A stretch of 64,000 nucleotides of DNA from Gemmatimonadota bacterium (GTDB lineage: Bacteria; Gemmatimonadota; Gemmatimonadetes; Gemmatimonadales; GWC2-71-9): assembly GCA_036679605.1 (NCBI GenBank), contig JAZDCZ010000011.1:73971-137970 (forward strand). The letters are read 5' to 3'. Numbering within the stretch: position 1 is the stretch's first letter; every line of letters starts with the position of its first letter. Under the pieces are notes generated by a model. It ran no database searches. It was not told the origin of the DNA and saw nothing but the letters and a program-made list of their open reading frames with translations. Below, piece after piece: positions 10,250 through 18,636 of the stretch. The position numbers were made by a program, and so were the translations under genes.

Positions 10250-10615
10250 ATGGCCAGGGCTCTCGGTGAGTTCGAGCTACTGATGCTGTTCGCGGTGCTC
10301 CGCTTGGGTGCCGGCGCGTACGGAGTCGCTATCCGACAGGAGATCGCACGCCAGACCAACCGTGACGTGTCGGCTGGCGCCGTCTATACAGGGCTCGACC
10401 GGCTGCAGGCCAGAGGGTATGTGTCGTCCTGGGAGGCCGAGACTGCTCCTGCGCGGGGGGGCCGTCGTCGCAAGTACTACCAACTGGAGCCGGAGGGGGC
10501 CGCGGCTCTGGAACAGAGCTATCGGAACATCCATCGGATGGCGAAGGGTATCCTGGCCGAGCTTGCAGATCTCAACGGAGCCCAGGGGCGCCTCACGGTC
10601 GATGGCAGCAAATGA
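10250..10615 (+). CDS. PadR-family regulator, class C (LGExE type)
   Basis: LGEFELLMLFAVLRLG, GAVYTGLDRL, RGGRRRKYY. Confidence 0.92.
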   Translation: MARALGEFELLMLFAVLRLGAGAYGVAIRQEIARQTNRDVSAGAVYTGLDRLQARGYVSSWEAETAPARGGRRRKYYQLEPEGAAALEQSYRNIHRMAKGILAELADLNGAQGRLTVDGSK

Positions 10616-13293
10616 GCTTTCGGCCTCCGCTTCTTGCCTGTCTCGTCCTCCGGCTCATCCCCCAGCCGCACCGCGACTATGTATCGGGAGATCTCCACGA
10701 GGAGTACGCCGAGTCCGTGCTACCTTGTCGCGGCCGCTTTGCCGCCTCGATGTGGTTTTTCGGTCAGTCAGTCCGGACGGTGATCGCATTTGTGCATAGA
10801 CCGCCGATCACGATGCGGAGACGGACGAGGCTCTGGCCCGCTCGAGAGGTACGCTTCGCATACCGATCGCTTCGGCGGTGCCCGGGCTTCGCACTGCTGG
10901 CCGTCGCGACCCTCGCGGTAGGTATCGGCGCGACCACATCGGTGTTCAGCGCCGCCAACTGGATTCTCTTTCGACCCGTCCCGGGCGTGAGAAATCCAGG
11001 CGGAATCGTCGTCGTGTCGTTCCAGAACACGGAGGGCGAAGCTACAGGTGTAAGCCGCGTCAATCTCCAGGATCTCGCCTCGTCCACCCCGGGGCTAACC
11101 CACATGGCGGGGCACACGACGCTCGCCATCCAGGCTTCCTCGGCAGTGCTCTCACCCATCGCGCTTCTGGGTGAGGCGGTCAACGGAGACTACTTCGAGC
11201 TCCTCGGCGTAAGGGCCGAGCTGGGCCGCGTCATCAGCCGCGCAGAAGCCGACGACGGCGTGTCAGAGGCCGTCACGGTGTTGAGCTACGATCTGTGGAA
11301 CCGTGAGTTCGGGCGGTCACCGGACGTCGTCGGCTCGACGGTCCGGCTGAACGGCCATCCGTTTAGGGTCGTGGGGGTGACAGATCGTCGTTTCCAGGGT
11401 GTCGATCGCATGGCCAGCGTGGACCTGTGGGTGCCCGGCGCCCGTTACGCGGACCTACGCCACGCCCCTGCGGCGTTGGGTTGGACCACCGACAGCCGCG
11501 CGCCGAGGATCTTCACGGGCGTGCTTGGTCGACTCGCCGACGGGGTGAAGCCGGGCGTCGTTGAGAATCAGCTGAGGACGGCCATGGCAGGCCTTTCTGG
11601 AGCCTATCCCGACGAGAACGGGATCTACGAGGTATACGTCCCCACCGTGTTCGAGGGGATCGGCCTCGAGCCGTGGCTCCGCGGGAGCGTCACGGCCACA
11701 GTTCGCACATTCTTCGCCGTCGCTGCCATCGTCCTTCTCATAGGGTGCGCGAACGTCGCCAACCTCCTGATCGTGCGAGGCGTGAGGCGCAGATGCGAGA
11801 TCGCTCTGCGCCGGGCGCTGGGGGCGGCCAAGGGACAGCTGTATCTGCAGCACCTTATCGAGAGTCTGCTCCTTTCGGTTCCGGCCACGCTTCTTGGGCT
11901 TTGGTTCGCAACGGCGTTAAATCGCTTCGTTTGGTCCGCCGGCTTCTTGACCACGGGTCCGCTCCCCACGATCGCAGTGGATGGGCGGGTGGCCGCCTTT
12001 GCTGGGGGGGTCGCGGTGCTCACCACCTTGTCTTTCGGCCTCGTGCCTGCGCTGGCGGCGTCGGGTGTGGACGTAGTCGAACACCTCAAGGTGTCGGCGC
12101 GTACCGCCTCGCGCAGGGTCACCCTCCTCCAGGGCTCTCTGACCGTCGTGCAGCTCGCGCTCTCGCTGTCGCTCCTGACCGCCGCCGTCGGTCTCGTGCG
12201 AACCGTCGTCAATCTCCATCACGTGGACCTCGGCTTCTCTCCCGAGGGCATCACGCTCTACACTCTGGATCCGGCGCCCCAAGGCTATTCGAGCGACGCC
12301 TTCGCGGACTTCCACCTGGATGTCCTCCAAGCGGTTCGGCGGGTCCCTGGCGTGACCGCGTCCGCCGCCGTCTACGAACCATTCAGCGGTCTGCTGACCT
12401 TCGTCCGCGTCAACCCACCGGACAAGAGTGCCGAGCCCATTCGGGTGCGCGGCAACTGGATAGCCGACGAATATTTCGAGGTCATGGGGATTCCGATCCT
12501 CGAAGGACGCGGATTCCGTCCGAACGCAATCCGCTCGGGGTCCAGAGATGCTTCGGACGCAGCGATCCTGAGCGAGCGCATGGCCTACGACCTTTTCGGG
12601 CACCGAAGTGCCATAGGAAGGACTGTCACGGTAGGCTCGTTTTCCGGTACCGTGGTGCGACGGGTCGTGGGTGTCGTCGGAGACGTCGTGAGTTGGGATC
12701 GCCGGAGCAACCCTCCGGCGATGGTCTACCTTCCCCTTGCGGATATGCCCATTGGTTGGGCAACGCTCCTGATCAGGACCCCGATGCCGCGGGATGCTCT
12801 CGACCGGGCCGTGGTCGAAGCGGTGGCGGACGTGGATCCTAACGTTCCCATCACTCGCTCGGATGCGATGACGAACCGAGTCGAGCGCAGCCTGGCCCAG
12901 GAGCTCTCGCTCACACGGCTTGTCCGGCTGCTCGCCGCCCTGGCTGCTGGGCTCGCCGGGGTCGGCCTCTATTCCGTCATCGCATACGTGACCGCCGAAC
13001 GCACGAAGGAGTTCGGAATCCGAGTGGCGCTGGGCGCCAGCCGCGGAGGTATCGTCCGGATCGTCATGCGCCGGTCCTTGTTGTTCGGAGCCATTGGGGT
13101 CGTTTTGGGTGTCATGGCCAGCGCGGCTTTCTCGCAGGTGTTCAGGAACCGGCTTTTCGGAGTCGACGTGCTTGACCCGGCCAGCCTTGGCCTCGCCGCG
13201 GCCGCGTTGCTCGCGCTGAGCACCGCCGCTGCCGTGGCCCCAGCCCTGACGGCGCTGGGTGTCGATCCCGTGAAGAGCTTGGGGAGCGAGTAG
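10612..13293 (+). CDS. ADOP-type duplicated ABC permease, module 2 (class C head)
   Basis: ATGA overlap with padR. Head PPLLA...GDLHEEY. IGCANVANLL and EFGIRVALGA motifs. Two MacB-PCD/FtsX halves. Confidence 0.92.
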   Translation: MSFRPPLLACLVLRLIPQPHRDYVSGDLHEEYAESVLPCRGRFAASMWFFGQSVRTVIAFVHRPPITMRRRTRLWPAREVRFAYRSLRRCPGFALLAVATLAVGIGATTSVFSAANWILFRPVPGVRNPGGIVVVSFQNTEGEATGVSRVNLQDLASSTPGLTHMAGHTTLAIQASSAVLSPIALLGEAVNGDYFELLGVRAELGRVISRAEADDGVSEAVTVLSYDLWNREFGRSPDVVGSTVRLNGHPFRVVGVTDRRFQGVDRMASVDLWVPGARYADLRHAPAALGWTTDSRAPRIFTGVLGRLADGVKPGVVENQLRTAMAGLSGAYPDENGIYEVYVPTVFEGIGLEPWLRGSVTATVRTFFAVAAIVLLIGCANVANLLIVRGVRRRCEIALRRALGAAKGQLYLQHLIESLLLSVPATLLGLWFATALNRFVWSAGFLTTGPLPTIAVDGRVAAFAGGVAVLTTLSFGLVPALAASGVDVVEHLKVSARTASRRVTLLQGSLTVVQLALSLSLLTAAVGLVRTVVNLHHVDLGFSPEGITLYTLDPAPQGYSSDAFADFHLDVLQAVRRVPGVTASAAVYEPFSGLLTFVRVNPPDKSAEPIRVRGNWIADEYFEVMGIPILEGRGFRPNAIRSGSRDASDAAILSERMAYDLFGHRSAIGRTVTVGSFSGTVVRRVVGVVGDVVSWDRRSNPPAMVYLPLADMPIGWATLLIRTPMPRDALDRAVVEAVADVDPNVPITRSDAMTNRVERSLAQELSLTRLVRLLAALAAGLAGVGLYSVIAYVTAERTKEFGIRVALGASRGGIVRIVMRRSLLFGAIGVVLGVMASAAFSQVFRNRLFGVDVLDPASLGLAAAALLALSTAAAVAPALTALGVDPVKSLGSE

Positions 13294-13456
13294 CATTACG
13301 CCGTAAGTGCAAATGCGGGCTCTCGCGCGAAGGCACGCATCCAGGCAGCCGATCCAAATTCCTTACAACAATTGGTGTTGCGGACGCGTCTAAAGAGGAA
13401 TGAAGGCGGAGCATTATGTGTAGGAAGACAATGTCTATTTCCCCTGAGAGGCTCGC

Positions 13457-14872
13457 ATGAACCTAGTGCCGACGTCGTCCCGGATCGCCGTTGCCCTTGT
13501 TCTTCTCTTCGTGGTGCGGGTCACACCCCAGCAACCCGAGCGCTTGGGTCTCGCGACGACTCGGGACGGGTCTCTCAAGGGCTCGGTCATGCACGAGATC
13601 ACGAACATGTCCGAGCTTCCGGCCACCGAGGTGCCGCTGAACGTGGGCAGGCTTCTGACCGTGATCTCCGTCCGGGGACCGGATGGCCGATCACTGGAGT
13701 TCGAGCAGAATGTGGCGGTCTTCACGGACTCGCCTCGCCAGCAGGTGACCCACGTTCGGATCCGTCTTCCACAGGCGCTCGAGCCTGGCGGGCAAACGCG
13801 CTTGACGCTCGAGTACGGAGGGTACCTCGTCGGCTACACGGAGACCGGATCGCTCTACATTCAAGATCGCATCCACGAAGATTTTTCCATCCTCCGGGAG
13901 GATGCTTTTGCCTGGCCGGCACTGGGCACGCTGACGCGCAGTGTGAACTGGGTCGCGCCGCGCTCGGATTTCGATTTCGTCGCACGGATGAACGTGCCCG
14001 ACCGATTCACCGTGGCCAGCGGCGGAACACTCGTGGAGCGGACCGTCCAGAATGGCCGCGCGACGTTTGTCTATGCGAGCGTCGCTCCGGTCCCCTTCCT
14101 GAACCTCCCGATTGCCGAGTTCGGGATGACGGAGCGTGCCGGCGTTCGCGTTTACTTCCTCCCCGAGGACTCAGTGGGCGCTCAGAGAGTGTTGGAGCGT
14201 GCGGTCGGAGGCCTCGCGCTCCTGGAGAGTTGGTTCGGCCCTCTTGGTGTGGAACCCGACCTGGCGGTGATGGAGATCCCGGACATGTGGGGATCTCAGG
14301 CCAGCCTGACGGGGGGCATCATCCAGACGGCCAGTGCCTTCAAGGATGTGCGATACATGTCGCAGCTCTATCACGAACTCACGCACTTGTGGAATGCGCC
14401 GGACACTGATCGGCCCTCCGCCCGTTGGAACGAGGGATTGGCCACCTACCTGTCGCGACGCATGGCCGCGCGGCTGGACAGTTGGGATGGCATGGAGAAG
14501 TACGCGCAGGACATTGTCACGGGGCTATTGGAGAACGCCGGGCGCACTCCCGAGGTAGCGGCTGTCCCGTTCGGGCGATACGGGGAAGCCGGCGTGACCG
14601 GACTGTCCTACCGAGTGGGCTTTCTCATGTTCTATCTGCTCCACGGATCCCTGGGAGACGAAGCCTTTGACGCCGCCGTGGGAGGTCACTACCAGGCGCA
14701 CAGAGAGACGGGCGGTTCCTTCGAGGATCTGCTCGCGCGACTGGACGCGGCCGCCGACAAAGATCTGACGCCTTTCTTCCGGGATTGGGTGCATACGACG
14801 GCCTGGTATGACAGGCTCGCAGACGGGGCGAGCCTGTCCGAGCTCGGCCCTTCCTCCACCTATTCGCCCTAG
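13457..14872 (+). CDS. M1-like zinc aminopeptidase, probably exported
   Basis: HELTH...WNEGLATY gluzincin motif and an N-terminal signal-like segment. Confidence 0.82.
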   Translation: MNLVPTSSRIAVALVLLFVVRVTPQQPERLGLATTRDGSLKGSVMHEITNMSELPATEVPLNVGRLLTVISVRGPDGRSLEFEQNVAVFTDSPRQQVTHVRIRLPQALEPGGQTRLTLEYGGYLVGYTETGSLYIQDRIHEDFSILREDAFAWPALGTLTRSVNWVAPRSDFDFVARMNVPDRFTVASGGTLVERTVQNGRATFVYASVAPVPFLNLPIAEFGMTERAGVRVYFLPEDSVGAQRVLERAVGGLALLESWFGPLGVEPDLAVMEIPDMWGSQASLTGGIIQTASAFKDVRYMSQLYHELTHLWNAPDTDRPSARWNEGLATYLSRRMAARLDSWDGMEKYAQDIVTGLLENAGRTPEVAAVPFGRYGEAGVTGLSYRVGFLMFYLLHGSLGDEAFDAAVGGHYQAHRETGGSFEDLLARLDAAADKDLTPFFRDWVHTTAWYDRLADGASLSELGPSSTYSP

Positions 14873-14895
14873 CCGGCTGTGGTCGCGTTACAAGA

Positions 14896-15141
14896 ATGGC
14901 AACCGCATCTGATCCGGAACCAACCGGCGGCCCGTGCGAGGCGGAGCCCCAGAAACGACTGTTGAGTCAACTTCGAGAAATCGGCTTCGACGAGATCCTC
15001 TACGGATCGGACTGGACCTCTCCAAGATCACTGTCCGAGCGACAGATGTTCTTGAGATTGGCCCTAATGGGGATCACCGACAGCGAATGGGAGATCATCC
15101 TGAGTAACCAGGCTCCATTTTTATTGCAGACACCCCCATGA
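14896..15141 (+). pseudogene. C-terminal remnant of an amidohydrolase-family gene
   Basis: LREIGFDEILYGSDW...ILSNQAP resembles the amidohydrolase_2 C-terminus. Only 81 aa. Confidence 0.5.
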
Positions 15142-15323
15142 TTCTCGCGGCAGGGCAAGGACCGTACATTCCTGCGTAAAGGGCGCCTTTGTTTGTTTCA
15201 CCGGTGCCCGAATGACGCATGTGAGCTGTGGATCCTGGAAACCCGAATTGTTTTGGAGCTTCGCTATCGTGCCCACGAAGGCCGTGTATGAGAGTCGCAG
15301 TGATGGTCTGGTTCGAGTGCTAG

Positions 15324-18023
15324 TCACCCATCGCGCAGTACCACGATCGGATCGACCGTCGTTGCGTGACGTGCGGGTAGGAATACAGCAACCATTGTGA
15401 CTACCGCGACCGCGATGACTGCTGAAAGAAACGCAGGTAGGTCATTGGGGCTGACACCGAACAGTGTGTCCTGTAGCGTACGGCTTAACACAAGGCCGGC
15501 CGGCACGCCTACAGCCACGCCGATCGCTAGCAGCAAGAGTCCCTGCCGTAGCACGAGAGCTAACACCCGTGGTGATGCTGCACCGAGCGCGATACGGATC
15601 CCGATTTCGCGTGCGCGGGTGGCGACTGCGTGCGCGATCACACCGTATGTCCCAACTGCAGCCAACACGAGGCCCAACGCACCCAACAGGTATACGGATA
15701 CTGCAGTGGCTAGCGCAGGCGATAGACCGGCGCGCACCTGGCTTTCAAGCGTCTTGATGGCGTAAGCCGGCACGTTGGGATCGACCGCTGCGATCGCCCG
15801 CCGTACGGAAGAGGTCATCTCGGACATGTCGCCGCCGGCCGAACGGATATGATAGGTGAGACCTGATGAGTATTCGGGATCCAGCGGCAAGAAGATCGAA
15901 GGGCGCGGAGTTGTGAAGAGGGTTCTCCCCACGTTCAGATCTTCGACGACGCCGATTACCGTCGTGCGCTCGGCCGTTGGTTCGCCTAGAATGAGCTGCT
16001 TGCCGAGTGCGTCTTGGCCTGGCCAGAATTGCAGCGCAGCAGTCTTGTTCACTATCACCGAACTTGACTCCTGCACATCTTGTGAACTAAAGTCGCGGCC
16101 CCGCAGCAGCGGGATCTTCATTGTCTCGAAGTATTTTGGCGTCACAACATTCCCCGTGACCCTTCGGGCGTGTGCTGAGTCGGTAGCCCCTTCCGGCCAC
16201 ACGTCAGTACCAAACCGCATTCGGCCGAATGGCACTGTCCAAGCAGCGCTCACCGATGACACCGCAGGCGAAGCATCAAGTGTTTCGAGAACGAGCCTGT
16301 GGAACTCGGCGCCCTCAGGTCGGGCATACCCGCCAGGTGCGGGATTCACGGACGCGAGCAATACGTTCTGCGGATCGAAGCCGAGATCCAACGAAAGCTG
16401 CTTTACGGCACTGCGTCCGAGCAGACCGGCGCAGGAGAGGACCGCTACGGACACCGCTATCTGTGAGACCGACAGGACGTTTCTAATTGTCGTCGCTTCT
16501 TTACCGTGGGCGGCCCTACTGGTCTTGAGTGCAGTGCCGATGTCTGAGCGCGACGCGTGATACGCTGGTAGTAGGCCGACCAAGAACGTGAGTATGGGAG
16601 CGAGAACCAGGAGAAGCACAAGCACACGCGGGTCAAGCGTTATGTCCAAGTCGAGCGGCAAGATCCGAGAGAACCGCCAATTTCGTGCGAAGCCGTCGAG
16701 CCAACTTCCAGCTGCGCCCCCCAGTAGGAGAGCAGGGAAGGTGAGCACGACCGCCTCTATTGCTAGCTGTTGTACCAGCCGGATACGCGCCGCCCCAAGC
16801 GCAAGTCGAACCGCGATCTCTGCGCGGCGAGCGACGATTCTGGCCAGGAACATGTTTGCGACGTTCGCACAGGCCAATAGCAGTATCAGCGCGACCACCG
16901 CAGATAGCATGAGGGCCACAGCTGACAACTCACCACGGTTGCCGGGCCAAATCATCGCCTTGTTGGCGGGCATCAGCCTGGCGGTCCAGCCGCCTTGAAG
17001 CTCCGGGTACTGTCTGGCCAGGCCCGACGCGAACGCCTGGGTCTCACTCGTTGCTTGCTCGAAGCTTGCGCTGGGAGCGAGTCGGCCGACCGCCTCGATC
17101 GAATGATTCCCTCTTTGCATGAGGATATCATCGGAGCCTTGGGGAAGCGCTTTGGCCCGCGCCGACAGCGGCAACCAGACCTGAGTAGTGCCACCGAGAT
17201 CCAACCCCTCGAAGTCGTGAGGCGCCACGCCTACAACGATGAAACTTTGACCGTTCAGCGTGATAGCGGTGCCAATTACATCGGGGCTCTCGCCAAACTC
17301 GCGCTGCCACATCCGGTAGCTCAACACGACCGTCGATTCGTCTTCGTTCTCCCCTTCCACAAAACCTCTTCCAAGTGCTGGCTTCACTCCCAAAACGGTG
17401 AAGTAGTTCCGTGAGACCAGCTGCCCATCGATCCGATCGCTCCCGTTTCCTCGGTTCAGGTTCAGCGCGACATCCGCGTAGGCGGCGATCCCTGTGAAAG
17501 CCCGCAACCCTTCCGCATAATCGCGGTATGCCGGCAGGGACAGGCTGCTGTAGTACTTCTGCTCGATAGAGTACTGGAACAAGGAGACCAGTCGATCGGG
17601 ATCCTTCACCGGCAGGCGGGGGAACAACGTCGCCATCGCCAGATTGAAAATGGCCACGTTGGCCGCCACTCCCAAGGTCAGTGTCATGACGGCCGCGCCG
17701 GCAAACGCGGGCCGCTTCAAGAAGCTCCGAATGGCAAAGCGAAGATCCTGGACTATCGTGCTGGTCATGTTGCGCGGCCCTTGTGAGATCCAGCCCCTCC
17801 AAAGGGTGGCAACCGATGCGACCCGCTCCAGGAGTCCCGCTAGTGCGAAGTCAAACAAACTGACCATGAGATTGAAGATCCATTGAATCGGAGCTGCCTT
17901 CTCTGCCTCCCGGAGGTCACGTTCCAGCTGACAGATCGCGTCATGGCCATACTCACGCCTGAAGCGACGCGGGTAGAGGAGCAGAAGCAGTTCGTGGAGA
18001 ATCGATCTAGTCTTCTCCGACAC
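15324..18023 (-). CDS. ADOP-type duplicated ABC permease, module 3 (class B head)
   Basis: Head LLYPRRFRREYG. QDLRFAIRS, LACANVANMF, REIGIRIALGA. Confidence 0.93.
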   Translation of the reverse strand: MSEKTRSILHELLLLLYPRRFRREYGHDAICQLERDLREAEKAAPIQWIFNLMVSLFDFALAGLLERVASVATLWRGWISQGPRNMTSTIVQDLRFAIRSFLKRPAFAGAAVMTLTLGVAANVAIFNLAMATLFPRLPVKDPDRLVSLFQYSIEQKYYSSLSLPAYRDYAEGLRAFTGIAAYADVALNLNRGNGSDRIDGQLVSRNYFTVLGVKPALGRGFVEGENEDESTVVLSYRMWQREFGESPDVIGTAITLNGQSFIVVGVAPHDFEGLDLGGTTQVWLPLSARAKALPQGSDDILMQRGNHSIEAVGRLAPSASFEQATSETQAFASGLARQYPELQGGWTARLMPANKAMIWPGNRGELSAVALMLSAVVALILLLACANVANMFLARIVARRAEIAVRLALGAARIRLVQQLAIEAVVLTFPALLLGGAAGSWLDGFARNWRFSRILPLDLDITLDPRVLVLLLVLAPILTFLVGLLPAYHASRSDIGTALKTSRAAHGKEATTIRNVLSVSQIAVSVAVLSCAGLLGRSAVKQLSLDLGFDPQNVLLASVNPAPGGYARPEGAEFHRLVLETLDASPAVSSVSAAWTVPFGRMRFGTDVWPEGATDSAHARRVTGNVVTPKYFETMKIPLLRGRDFSSQDVQESSSVIVNKTAALQFWPGQDALGKQLILGEPTAERTTVIGVVEDLNVGRTLFTTPRPSIFLPLDPEYSSGLTYHIRSAGGDMSEMTSSVRRAIAAVDPNVPAYAIKTLESQVRAGLSPALATAVSVYLLGALGLVLAAVGTYGVIAHAVATRAREIGIRIALGAASPRVLALVLRQGLLLLAIGVAVGVPAGLVLSRTLQDTLFGVSPNDLPAFLSAVIAVAVVTMVAVFLPARHATTVDPIVVLRDG

Positions 18024-18034
18024 AGCTAGCCGCC

Positions 18035-18385
18035 TTAACCTGTCAGCAGGCTGGCGCGCGCTACCTGGACCAGAGTTGAGAGGCGGTCGGTTTCCGCACG
18101 AGCGGCCCGGCTACCGAGTCGAGTCAGGCGAAAGTAGCGACGTCGTTCATCGTCCAACGCGGGATCCGGCCTGCGATTGGATTCCTCTATAAGGCCTAGA
18201 TCGACCAACTGTCTAATTGACCGGTACAGTGTTCCTGCTCCAAGTCGGACCCTGTCATCGGTCCTGAGGGCAATTTCCTTCTTGAGCCCGTAGCCATGGC
18301 GGTCGCCGTCGTTTAGGGCCAGGAGGATCAGGTAAAGAGCCGGCTTCAAAGGCAGCAGGTTGTCTACATCGGGCTTTTTCTTCAT
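18035..18385 (-). CDS. PadR-family regulator, class B (LPLxP type)
   Basis: LLPLKPALYLILLAL, HGYG, GTLYRSI, DERRRYFRLT. Confidence 0.93.
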   Translation of the reverse strand: MKKKPDVDNLLPLKPALYLILLALNDGDRHGYGLKKEIALRTDDRVRLGAGTLYRSIRQLVDLGLIEESNRRPDPALDDERRRYFRLTRLGSRAARAETDRLSTLVQVARASLLTG

Positions 18386-18455
18386 ATGCACCTAGTTGGC
18401 TCTCTTTGGTACTCGAGGAATTACCGAATCCGGAAGAGTTTCTTGACCCGACCGG

Positions 18456-18493
18456 CTAGTACCAATGTGTATTACTAGTGCCATATTATATGT
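18456..18493. promoter_or_regulatory. two tandem 19-bp boxes, putative operator
   Basis: CTAGTACCAATGTGTATTA followed by CTAGTGCCATATTATATGT. Confidence 0.5.
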
Positions 18494-18636
18494 ATAGAGT
18501 TCCCCGTTTTCAAGTCGGCCGCTACTCGCGCGAGTATAGGTGGCTCGTCTGACATTTTCAGACATTCGCAAACAAATACGAGAACTCGCCTTCCTAACCT
18601 AGAGTGAATCCGCACTGGCCAACCTCCAGAGCTACT

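Noticed and set aside
11673..13296. Long alternative ORFs (11673-12842 +, 11917-13296 -) and similar shadow ORFs throughout
   Set aside because: Arg/Pro/Gly-rich off-frame or antisense readings of GC-rich genes with no recognisable motifs.
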